A stretch of 64,000 nt of DNA, taken from the IMG/VR virus record IMGVR_UViG_3300046171_000271, one strand, 5' to 3'. Origin of the DNA: a virus. Its lineage: Duplodnaviria > Caudoviricetes. Of the stretch, positions 37,101-46,754 are shown one piece after another. Under the pieces are notes generated by a model, which had not been told where the DNA came from, made no database searches, and saw nothing but the letters and a program-made list of their open reading frames with translations. Within the stretch, counting starts at the first letter, position 1; every line of letters starts with the position of its first letter. The translations under genes and the position numbers were made by a program.

Positions 37101-37134
37101 GGACCTTGACGGGTCCTCTTTTTTTGTCTATAAT
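37099..37134 (+). terminator. terminator hairpin overlapping a sigma70 promoter
   Basis: GAGGACCT-TGAC-GGGTCCTC+T7; TTGACG 37106-11, 17 nt, TATAAT 37129-34. Confidence 0.85.
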
Positions 37135-37155
37135 TAGTTGAAACTATACTATCTT

Positions 37156-37341
37156 ATGGAAAGAGACAAACTTAAATTGATAGTACGGAATCTAAAACTT
37201 CTTGTTGAAGCATTGGAGTCTGAAGTTTATTCGGATATTGATGCTTATACAACACGGCAAGAGAATTATGATGATCCTGCTGCAAATTACATAACTGATT
37301 ACGACGAAGTATTTAATGACGATGATGGATACCCAGACTGA
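37156..37341 (+). CDS. hypothetical protein
   Basis: KLKLIVRNLKLLVEALESEVYSD; acidic tail. Confidence 0.6.
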   Translation: MERDKLKLIVRNLKLLVEALESEVYSDIDAYTTRQENYDDPAANYITDYDEVFNDDDGYPD

Positions 37342-37383
37342 TTAGTAAAACTTATCTCTGTTACTCCTGATGCAGAGAAGCAC

Positions 37384-37976
37384 ATGGCCTATTGTGCTCG
37401 CGTAAGTAATCCAAACAATCAGGAGAATGAAAAGTTTGCAGGTCTCCTCAGATATTGTATCAAGCATCAACATTGGAGCATCTTTGAGCAGGCAACAATG
37501 ACTCTAGAGTTGAATACTACAAGGGGAATTGCGGCCCAAGTGCTTCGGCATAGGTCTTTCACATATCAAGAATTTTCACAACGTTATGCTGATTCCTCCT
37601 TATTGGGTGAGACGATCCCGCTCCCCGAACTCCGCCGCCAAGACACCAAGAATCGTCAGAATTCTATTGATGATGTTGACCCGTTTGTTCGTCAAGAGTT
37701 CCAGATTAAAATTACGAAGCACTTTGAAGAAGGTATGAAACTTTATCAGCAGATGCTTGATGCTAACATCGCAAAGGAATGTGCCCGCTTTGTTCTCCCC
37801 CTTGCCGTCCCACCAGACTTTACATGACGGGTTCTAGTCGTCATGGATCCATTATATCGATTTGCGCTCTGCAAACGGCACACAGAAGGAGCACATGGAC
37901 ATTGCTAAGGATGCTAAGACAGTATCTTCTGTGAACAGTTCCCTGCTGTTGCAGAAGCCATTGAGTGGGTTAATAA
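37384..37976 (+). CDS. thyX: flavin-dependent thymidylate synthase, with indels; true start probably about 40-60 nt upstream
   Basis: HWSIFEQ, QVLRHRSFTYQEFSQRY ThyX motif, KECARFVLP; C-terminal pieces continue in shifted frames. Confidence 0.9.
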
Positions 37977-37996
37977 ATATTCATCTAAGTTAATTT

Positions 37997-38240
37997 ATGG
38001 CAACATATCCTGTTATTAATAAAGAAACTGGTGAGCAAAAAGAAGTAAACTAGTGTACATGAATGGACTCAGTGGTGTAAGACAATCCTGAATGGGAAAG
38101 AGACTGGAGTGATCCAGCTACCGCATCCTGCTTGTGGTGAAATTGGTGAAGTGTACGATAAACTCGAAAAAGACATCCTGGATGGAATGATGTCCTGTCA
38201 TAGTGCATCAAGTCCCGGTTCTTCAGTAAGAACTCTTAAT
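37997..38240 (+). CDS. small conserved protein upstream of phoH, broken by indels
   Basis: MATYPVINKETGEQKEV...NPEWERDWSDP. Confidence 0.5.
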
Positions 38241-38241
38241 T

Positions 38242-38996
38242 ATGCCAGCAAAAAGAAAAAGCGATCAACCAGTTGGATGTCGGTTTAACCGCAAAGCAAA
38301 TGAAGCGTCGTAAACCAATCAATAGTGAATTAATGAGGAGTATTGATCCTCTCACCGACAATCAACAAAAACTTTTTGATGCATATTCTGACAATAAAAA
38401 CTTAGTTGCATATGGTGCGGCCGGAACAGGTAAAACATTCATCACCCTTTATAACGCACTTAGAGAAGTTCTTGATGAAAGATCTCCATATGATAAAATT
38501 TACATAGTCAGATCATTAGTAGCAACTAGAGAAATTGGATTTTTACCTGGAGATCATGAGGATAAATCTGATATTTACCAGATCCCATATAAGAATATGG
38601 TAAAGTATATGTTCTCTCTTCCTTCAGAGACAGATTTTGAAATGCTTTACGGCAACCTTAAAACACAGGGAACAATCAGTTTTTGGAGCACCTCATTTAT
38701 TAGAGGAACAACTTTAGATAGAGCGATCATTATTGTTGATGAATATCAAAACTTGAATTTTCATGAACTTGATAGTATTATTACAAGTGTGGGTGAGAGT
38801 AGTAAAATTATGTTCTGCGGTGATGCTCGTCAGTCTGACTTGAATAAGGCAAATGAAAGGAAATGGTATTGTAGACTTTCTTTCTATTCTTAGGACTATG
38901 GACTCCTTTGAATGTATTGAATTTGGTATTGAAGATGTTGTAAGATCTGGTCTAGTTAAAGAGTATCTCACCGCAAAAATGGAACTTAATCTGTAA
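38242..38996 (+). CDS. phoH: PhoH-family ATPase, with indels
   Basis: GAAGTGKT, RSLVATREIGFLPG, FIRGTT, IIVDEYQN, FCGDARQSDL, EDVVRSGLVKEYL. Confidence 0.92.
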
Positions 38997-39001
38997 TCAT
39001 T

Positions 39002-39687
39002 ATGAAATTTAATTATGTAAATCATCTCGGTGATCTTGAACTTGAAGCCAAAGCATACTGGTGACATCCGTCTCTATAATCTCCCAAATGGAGAGTGGGT
39101 GCCATCTATTACTTCTGTAACTTCATTTTATAACCGTGAGATTTTTACGAAGTGGCGTAAGAGAGTTGGTATTGAAGAAGCAAATCGTATTACTAAAAGA
39201 GCAACTAGTCGTGGGACAGACTTTCATGAAGGCTGTAGAAGTTTACATGAAGAATGATGAGATTGATTGGAATAAATTTAAACCTCTCACCAAGTTTATG
39301 TTTCATCATGCCAAACCATATCTTGATAAGATAAATAATGTACATGCCATAGAAAGAACTCTATATTCAGAGTACCTTGGGTTAGCTGGTAGAGTTGACT
39401 GTATCGGAGAGTATGAAGGAGAACTCGCAGTCATAGATTTTAAAACATCTGAAAAGATTAAACCTGAAAAATGGTTAGAAAACTATTTTGTCCAAGAGAC
39501 ATTTTATGCATGTGCTTACTATGAGATGACTGGTATTCCAGTTAAAAAACTAATTACTCTCATGGTAACTCCAAGTGGTGAGGTAGAAGTATTTGACAAA
39601 AGGAACAAAAACGACTATATTAAACTTCTAGTTCGTTACATTAAAGAATTTGTACATCACAATACTAGGACAGAGAATGGAGAATGA
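39002..39687 (+). CDS. PD-(D/E)xK exonuclease, with indels
   Basis: PSITSVTS, RGTDFH, AGRVDCIG, VIDFKTS, YFVQETFY. Confidence 0.85.
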
Positions 39688-39934
39688 ACTAGAAAAAGCA
39701 CTAGAAAAAAAATTCTTCTGCCCGTCAAAATTCGCGCAAGATATAGAAAAACTTGTACTTGAAAATCAAGACATGAGTTATATCGATGCAATTGTTCACT
39801 TCTGTGACATGAATTCAATTGATGTGGAGTCCGTACCTAAACTAATATCTAAACCTCTAAAAGAGAAGTTAAAGTACGAAGCAATGGAACTTAACTTTCT
39901 TAAGAGAACATCTCGTGCCAAGTTGCCCCTCTAA
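39677..39934 (+). CDS. gp33: late transcription coactivator
   Basis: YIDAIVHFC, ISKPLKEKLKYEAMELNFLK. Confidence 0.85.
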   Translation: MENELEKALEKKFFCPSKFAQDIEKLVLENQDMSYIDAIVHFCDMNSIDVESVPKLISKPLKEKLKYEAMELNFLKRTSRAKLPL

Positions 39935-40007
39935 CCAAAATTAGCTTTTAATTTCAAAAAAGGGGTAAAAAAAATTTCGGCAAAATTTTCGTCTATAGGG
40001 TTTTTCA

Positions 40008-40607
40008 GTGATGCCGTTCGATGCATATAAATCATATCTCTCTTTGAAGAATCACTTCACTAAAGAGAAATATGATTATCATAAGTATTGTGGTAAAAGT
40101 CGTGCCACAGTAAAGTCTTTCTATAAACGTAAAGATCGCTTCTGGTTTGAGAAGTTAGCACGTAACAAATCAGACAAAGAAGTAATCGAATTTTTTGTAT
40201 CTAACTTTATTGATTGCACTGATCCTGCAAAACTTTGGATTGGTGAGATGATTCGAGAAGGTGAAGGTAGATACATGTCATGGAAGAAACGCACTCAATC
40301 TCTCTCTTATCTTTTTAAGGAAGAAACTAGTAAAGTATTCGTTGATAACAACATAGATTCAATGTTTGCCTTAGATGGATCAAAACATCCGCAAATTCTT
40401 AAAGAATATCTTAAAGGCAATATCTCTATTGAAACTATGGTAATCTTGGATCTTATCCTTGGTTATAAAAATAAATGGGACAATCAATTGACAGATCCGG
40501 TATGGACATCTGTTAGTTTAAAATTAAGAAAGTACACACCTTTTCTAAATATAGATGTATTTCGTTACAAAAAAATATTGAAAGAAGTAGTTTTAGGAGA
40601 AACATGA
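40008..40607 (+). CDS. gp59: helicase loader
   Basis: YLSLKNHF...YDYHKYCGK, FYKRKDRFWFEKL, ISIETMVILD. Confidence 0.9.
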   Translation: MMPFDAYKSYLSLKNHFTKEKYDYHKYCGKSRATVKSFYKRKDRFWFEKLARNKSDKEVIEFFVSNFIDCTDPAKLWIGEMIREGEGRYMSWKKRTQSLSYLFKEETSKVFVDNNIDSMFALDGSKHPQILKEYLKGNISIETMVILDLILGYKNKWDNQLTDPVWTSVSLKLRKYTPFLNIDVFRYKKILKEVVLGET

Positions 40608-40948
40608 GTTTTTTTGAATCTGAAGTAGTCCGAGCAGAAATGACGGAAATTCAAGAACTTCAGGAAGAAGTTTATAGTAGTGTTTTCAAGTTTCCCTCTA
40701 TGAATATAGAGGAGAAAAAGTTTCATGTGTCTCTTTTGGAAAAATTACTGGATAAACAGAAAGTTCTCTATACGAGACTTAGTTTGTCCGATGATCCTGA
40801 AGCAAAGATGATGAAATCACGTATTGTAGAATCTGCTACAATGATGGGGCTTCCGAAAGACGTTGACATTAGTGTCGTATTTTCTAATATGGGAAATATG
40901 CTTGACGCCATGAAGAAGCAGATTGACATTCAGGGTTCAGACATGTAG
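40604..40948 (+). CDS. DUF1825-like protein
   Basis: MSFFESEVVRAEM, RLSLSDDPEAK. Confidence 0.7.
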   Translation: MSFFESEVVRAEMTEIQELQEEVYSSVFKFPSMNIEEKKFHVSLLEKLLDKQKVLYTRLSLSDDPEAKMMKSRIVESATMMGLPKDVDISVVFSNMGNMLDAMKKQIDIQGSDM

Positions 40949-40951
40949 AAT
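40923..40951 (+). promoter_or_regulatory. sigma70 promoter of gp32, followed by an A-rich unstructured leader
   Basis: TTGACA 40923-28, 17 nt, TAGAAT 40946-51. Confidence 0.75.
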
Positions 40952-40993
40952 GACGAAGTACCCAAAAGCCAAATCTCACAAATACAAAAAACA

Positions 40994-41937
40994 ATGTCCT
41001 TTTCTGATCTCAAAAAGCAATCTTCTATTGGTTCTCTGACTTCTAAACTTGTCAAAGAAGTAGAGAAGATGAACAACAGCGGTGGTGGAGGTGATGATCG
41101 CCTCTGGAAACCTGAAGTAGATAAAGTTGGTAACGGGTTCGCTGTCCTCCGTTTCCTTCCTGCCCCAGAAGGAGAAGATCTTCCTTGGGCAAAGATGTAC
41201 TCTCATGCCTTTCAAGGCCCTGGTGGTTGGTACATTGAGAATTCTCTCACAACTCTGGGACAAAAGATCCCGTATCAGAGCACAATCGTGAACTGTGGAA
41301 CAGTGGTATCGAATCTAATAAAGATACTGTTCGTAAGCAGAAGCGCAAACTGTCTTACTATGCAAATGTTTATGTCGTGAAGGATCCCACTAATCCTCAC
41401 AACGAAGGTAGTGTCTTCCTTTATAAGTTTGGTAAGAAGATCTTTGACAAGATCATGGAAGCAATGCAACCTGAGTTTGAAGATGAAACTCCTATTAACC
41501 CTTTTGACTTCTGGCAGGGTGCAAACTTTAAACTGAAAATCGTTAAGAAAGACGGTTATTGGAACTATGATAAGTCTGAGTTTGAAGCACCTTCTCCACT
41601 TCTTTCAGATGATGATGCTATGGAAGCAATTTGGAAGAAGCAGTATTCTCTCGCAGGATTGACTGATGCAGATCAATTCAAGTCTTATGAGGATCTTGAG
41701 CGTCGTCTGAAGTATGTTTTGGGACAGAAGTCCCGTACTCCTTCCCCTGCAGATGAAGAGACTGAATATGATGATTATGCAGCAAAAGAGTCTGCAGAAC
41801 GTCAGATTCAAGAGTCATTGACACGTTCTAAGCCTGACTTTAACTCTCCTGATATCACTGCACCTACACCAGTTGTATCTAAAGATGAAGATGAAGATGA
41901 TGCACTCTCGTACTTCCAGAAACTGGCAGAGAGTTAA
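40994..41937 (+). CDS. gp32: single-stranded DNA-binding protein, apparent frameshift near 41270
   Basis: DDRLWKPEVDKVGNG, RFLPAP, HAFQGPGGWYIENS, FDFWQGANFKLK, acidic tail. Confidence 0.95.
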
Positions 41938-42602
41938 TTAAACAATCTAATATCTTCTCCTCTCTTTAAGGTTCTACTCACATACTGAGTAGAACCTTTT
42001 CTATATTGCATCAATCTTTGAGTATCTTCAAGAATGATTTCAATATATTCTGGTTTCAATAGATAGATATTTCTCTTTGCTTCTTCTTTACGAACTTCAT
42101 AAACATAGTTTGTAACTGCATCTACTTCATTCGTTCTTATAACATATTGATTCCTCTGTCTATCAAAGTATTCAACTTTATAATTTTTAGGAACAGTCAA
42201 ACCTTTAGGCGTTACAATCTCCCCAGAATCATTCTTCAGTTCTCTGGTTTCATAATGATGAATATTATTTGTTTTTTCAATACTTCCATATTTTTTTATT
42301 AAAAACTCATTGAATGCCGACTGGTTCATCGGCCACTCATTTTGAATATTTACAATATTATTTGATAAAAGAACTAACCAATCAAATGTTTCATCACCAT
42401 AAATTTTAAAAGCAATATTGTCAGGACGATCATCACCAACAATTTGATATTTAGTAAAATATGCTAAGTTATCAAGAATATCTTGACGAAGTTTTACTCT
42501 TTTAAATAAGTTTTTTACAACTTGATAATCACCAATGCTCTTGCCATCAGAGTCTCTGTTGACATAATCGAAATTTGGTACTTGTCTAAAATAACTTGCC
42601 AT
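41934..42602 (-). CDS. gp53: baseplate wedge subunit
   Basis: KNLFKRVKLR, GDDRPDNIA, WLVLLSNNI, IHHYET. Confidence 0.85.
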   Translation of the reverse strand: MASYFRQVPNFDYVNRDSDGKSIGDYQVVKNLFKRVKLRQDILDNLAYFTKYQIVGDDRPDNIAFKIYGDETFDWLVLLSNNIVNIQNEWPMNQSAFNEFLIKKYGSIEKTNNIHHYETRELKNDSGEIVTPKGLTVPKNYKVEYFDRQRNQYVIRTNEVDAVTNYVYEVRKEEAKRNIYLLKPEYIEIILEDTQRLMQYRKGSTQYVSRTLKRGEDIRLFN

Positions 42603-43996
42603 TAGTAACCTATATTTGTATCTTCATCATCATAATTATCGCTAGTGATTGGATCAAGTTCATTGAATAACATATCAATTTTATAAGTCGTCATCGTTCT
42701 TGCCGGATCATCAAATGTCATATATGTCGATCCATCACCATATGATGTATTTAGACTAACTAATGCACAATCAAGAATTTTTCCAATAGAAGGATGATCT
42801 TCGCCTTCACCTGTTTTATATTTTATTTCAAATAAATTTGGAGTTACTAAAAACAATTTTTGACTGGATGTTTTAACGGACATTCCTTGTTTAAAAAATC
42901 GTATAATTTTTTTAATTTGAGTTGCCTCCCCTCTACTTCTTGCAGACATTGTGAATGAAAACTTAAAAGTTCTCATTCCTGGTGCTTGGAAAAGCAATTC
43001 CATATTCGGGTTAAGAATACCGCCACCAAGCCTGGAAAGCATTCCTCTTTTTCCCATACCCGTTTCAGCAAGTTTTACTCTAAGTGCTGATATTATATTA
43101 CCACCTTCGTTTGATCCAATAATGTCTCTCAATTGTTCGGGAGTCGCCTTCAATAAATCCGACATTGAATTTATTGCTCCTCCAATCACTTTTCCTGGAT
43201 TTAATAAAAATCCAAAACCTGCTGCATCAATTGCATTAAGTGAATCTGTATTAAAATCTACGTTATTGGTATCATATATTCCTCCGGGAATTGGAAGTGT
43301 TACTGATCCTTCAATTATACCTTTTTCTGTTTTTCTTTTTCCTACGACTAGAGGATCATTTTGTTCAAAATTAAACTCAAAATCTCTTGCCTCTGCAATA
43401 TATTTCATTGTAAATATTATTCTATCTTGCTTTGAAGTAGCAATGGTTTCTGGATAATATAGATTATCATATTTTTGCCGTCGATTTTTTGCTTCTAACA
43501 ATAATGGAACTCCTTCAGGAGATAAACTTTCTTCATTAAAACCGATATTGGAGACTACATCCTTTAAATCCTCTACAAAACTAATATCTACATCCATTTC
43601 TTCTTGTCGCATCCAAAAAAAAGGATCGTGTGTTTGGGGATTTAATCCGAGTTCTTTAGATTTTTTTGCAATCGCATCACCACTGGCATCTGCTAGGTTT
43701 CTTTTTAATGATAATTTACCACTTTCTTGTAATTCTTTTTGTAACTCTTCATCTGCAAATTCTGTAAAATTATCTCCATCTTTGATTAATCTATAATACG
43801 TATTTCCATCTTTTAAATAATATTTATCCCCTTGACTATCCACATCATCGTTGTCTGACTTTTTGTCTTCATATACGTCTTCATCAATTAACTCATATAT
43901 TCTTACATTTCTTAGTTTTTCCCCTTCAATTAACGAGCGTGTCCTAAGATTCTTTTTCTTCTTTGTTGTTACAGTTATTGATTCTATATATGACAT
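42602..43996 (-). CDS. gp48: baseplate tail-tube cap
   Basis: NPNMELLFQAPGMRTFKFSF, IKKIIRFFK, LFNELDPI; upstream ATAAATA 44013-19 on the minus strand. Confidence 0.8.
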   Translation of the reverse strand: MSYIESITVTTKKKKNLRTRSLIEGEKLRNVRIYELIDEDVYEDKKSDNDDVDSQGDKYYLKDGNTYYRLIKDGDNFTEFADEELQKELQESGKLSLKRNLADASGDAIAKKSKELGLNPQTHDPFFWMRQEEMDVDISFVEDLKDVVSNIGFNEESLSPEGVPLLLEAKNRRQKYDNLYYPETIATSKQDRIIFTMKYIAEARDFEFNFEQNDPLVVGKRKTEKGIIEGSVTLPIPGGIYDTNNVDFNTDSLNAIDAAGFGFLLNPGKVIGGAINSMSDLLKATPEQLRDIIGSNEGGNIISALRVKLAETGMGKRGMLSRLGGGILNPNMELLFQAPGMRTFKFSFTMSARSRGEATQIKKIIRFFKQGMSVKTSSQKLFLVTPNLFEIKYKTGEGEDHPSIGKILDCALVSLNTSYGDGSTYMTFDDPARTMTTYKIDMLFNELDPITSDNYDDEDTNIGY

Positions 43997-44015
43997 TAGT
44001 CAGACTTTTTTCTAT

Positions 44016-44510
44016 TTATGGGTTTGTGAGATAATATGCATAGGGAATATCAAGCAATGATTGAAGTTCACTTGTTCTAACAAGATGCAAACTTCCTGGT
44101 ATCTCATTCCAGGTATAGTTTCTTACTTTATTCCAGTGAAAGTTTAGTCCAGTGAATCCCCAACGATTTACGCTAGTCACAGCGACTAGCGGATGTTGAT
44201 CATATTTAAGTTTGGGAGTTTTTGCATTGTAGATATACGTATATACTTCACCGAGATCTGGAATAACCACAGTTTCATTCAATATTGCCATTATCTCAAG
44301 CATCATTTCTTCAGGATCTCCTAAGTCTCTGATAGAGTCTTTTTCGGGTTCAATGCGATTATCACCAACTTGTTCTTCAAATTGATGTTCATCTGCGGTT
44401 TGTCCTTCTTCACGTTTTAGACGCTTTTCTTCTTCTCTTGCATCAATTTGTGCCTTCACTTCTTCATAGGAAGGCCCACCTGCTCTTCTTCGTTTAGCCC
44501 TTCTTGCCAT
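44016..44510 (-). CDS. gp2: DNA end protector-like protein
   Basis: YNAKTPKLKYDQHPLV, GLNFHW. Confidence 0.7.
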   Translation of the reverse strand: MARRAKRRRAGGPSYEEVKAQIDAREEEKRLKREEGQTADEHQFEEQVGDNRIEPEKDSIRDLGDPEEMMLEIMAILNETVVIPDLGEVYTYIYNAKTPKLKYDQHPLVAVTSVNRWGFTGLNFHWNKVRNYTWNEIPGSLHLVRTSELQSLLDIPYAYYLTNP

Positions 44511-44936
44511 AATTGATACCTAACTCGTCTTCTGTGATGATTTTAAATTCGATCAATCTATCAGCACACCATTCACGAGCTGCATTCCACTTTGCTTGAT
44601 TAATAGCATAGGTTTTGCATTCAAACAAAGAAGACTTACTGGTTGGTTTTTTAGTTTGCTTCTTTGGTTTAACTTCAATAACATATGTCTTCACTTGTCC
44701 TGTACTTTCCTTAACTTTTATGATAAAATCGGGGAAGTATCTGTGAACTCTTTTATCAACTGGTGACAAGTATGGGATAAGAATTCTTCACTACCCCACT
44801 CAAGGATATTTTCAGTTAAGTCGCACCACTTACAGAAACGTCTTTCCCAGTTGCTTCTGCATATAATATTATTCGCATTTCCTTTATATTTTTTAGGATT
44901 GGAAGGATTGTAGATACTTTTCTTACTAACTCCCAT
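44494..44936 (-). CDS. gp4: head completion nuclease, apparent frameshift near 44770
   Basis: NPKKYKGN, RSNWERRFC, WGSEE, HRYFPDF, IEVKPKKQ, KIITE. Confidence 0.9.
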
Positions 44937-44965
44937 ACATAATATATACGGTAACAACTATTTAG

Positions 44966-45820
44966 ATGGCAACGGCAAAACCGACTAAAAAAACAGTTGC
45001 TGATTTAAAAACAAATATATTAAATCCAGCACTTACATCTACTTATGAATGTTCCTTTGCTTTTCCTGGTGCAGTCACAAAGTGGGCTAATAATAAAACG
45101 ACTGGAATCGGCAATGGTATAGATGTAATTAAATCACAAAATTTAACGATAGCATGTAGAGAGGCATCACTTCCTGGAACCTTCTTTAGCAACTCATGAG
45201 ATGTTAAATGACTTTCACTGGTATTAGAGAAAGACACGTATATAGAAGACAATATGATGACACTGCATCATTTACATTTTATGTTGATGTAAATTATGAC
45301 TTGATTTTTATTTTTGAAAACTGGTTAAATTTTATTGTCAATCAAGATTCATCTGATCCCACTGTAAATAATCCAAATTATTCTTATAGGGTAAATTTTC
45401 CTAATGAGTATAAATCTCAAATTTTTATAAGAAAATTCGAGAGAGATTATGCTGGAAGAAATTTGGAATATACATTTTTTGATGCATATCCAAGTTCAAT
45501 TAATTCGATGCCAGTCACTTATGATGAATCTCAGGTTCTTCAGATGTACGGTAAACTTTAATTTCTCTCGTTATGTAATCAATGCTCCTAGTGGATTCAC
45601 TCCATATTCAGAATTACTTGCTCCAGAAACTACTACTAACCTCCCTGAAGAACAACAAAAATCATCTGTAATCAATGATGCAACTCCTATAGGAACTTTG
45701 GGAGGCACAGAAAATAATCGCGGTGTGGAAAGAGATACCGGATCAGGGGCCCCCCTAGATGGATCAACCGATCCAGAACCCATTACCACAAGACAGGCGC
45801 TTGGATTAGATCCTCTTTAA
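44966..45820 (+). CDS. tail-tube initiator/tail-tube-like protein (gp54/gp19 family), with indels
   Basis: CREASLPG, YRRQYDD, FYVD, AYPSSINSMP; position between gp4 and gp26. Confidence 0.65.
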
Positions 45821-45852
45821 GGATAATAAATACACATACTGAATAACATATC

Positions 45853-46572
45853 ATGCCTTTACCAAAAATTTCTACACCAACTTATGAGTTGGAATTGCCT
45901 TCAACTGGAAAAACAATCAAGTTTCGTCCCTTTCTTGTCAAAGAAGAAAAGTTATTAGTTCTTGCCTTAGAAAGTAACGATACGAAAGAAATCACCAACG
46001 CTATTAAGGCAGTATTAAAGGATTGTATTCAAACAAGAGGTATCAAAGTAGAGAGTCTTCCTACTTTTGACATTGAATATTTGTTCCTTAATATTCGTGG
46101 CAAATCTGTTGGTGAAGAAATTGAGGTAAGTATTCTCTGTCCTGATGATGGGGAAACTTATGCTGAAGTACAAATTAATATTGATGATATAAATGTTTTA
46201 AAAGATAGTAAACACTCTAACAAAATTAAAATTGATGATGACGTTGATGATGGAAATGAGATATCCCTCATTAAATGAGTTCATTAAGAATAATTTTGAT
46301 TTTGAAACCACTAATCAAGTAGATCAGTCATTTGATCTTATTGCATCTTGTGTAGATAAAATTTATTCTGAAGATGAAGTATGGGCATCTGATGATTTCT
46401 CTAAAAAAGAAATCATGGAATTTTTGGAGCAAATGAATTCTTCTCAATTTAAAGAAATTGAAAAGTTCTTTTCTACTATGCCCAAGTTAAGTCATGAGAT
46501 TGAGGTTTTAAATCCAAAGACTAATAAAAAGGAACAGTAGTTCTAGAGGGACTTTCAAGTTTTTTCGCATAG
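45853..46572 (+). CDS. gp26: baseplate hub subunit, with indels
   Basis: MPLPKISTPTYELELPS, FRPFLVKEEK, LNIRGKSVGE, MPKLSHE. Confidence 0.85.
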
Positions 46573-46583
46573 CACTCTCCCAT

Positions 46584-46754
46584 ATGAATTTGGAGAGTTT
46601 CTTTAAATTAAATTTTTCTTTGATTCAGTTTCATAAATACTCATTAACAGAGATTGAAAATATGATACCTTGGGAGAGAGATGTGTATGTCGAACTTCTG
46701 AGATCCCATTTAGAGGAAGAGAAACTTAAGATGCAACAGCAGCAAGGGAAATGA
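46584..46754 (+). CDS. gp51: baseplate hub assembly catalyst-like small protein
   Basis: HKYSLTEIENMIPWERDVYV. Confidence 0.7.
   Translation: MNLESFFKLNFSLIQFHKYSLTEIENMIPWERDVYVELLRSHLEEEKLKMQQQQGK

Noticed and set aside
39002-39687. Cas4-like nuclease as part of a CRISPR system
   Set aside because: It sits in the usual phoH-exonuclease-gp33-gp59 core block of T4-like cyanophages, and there is no array.
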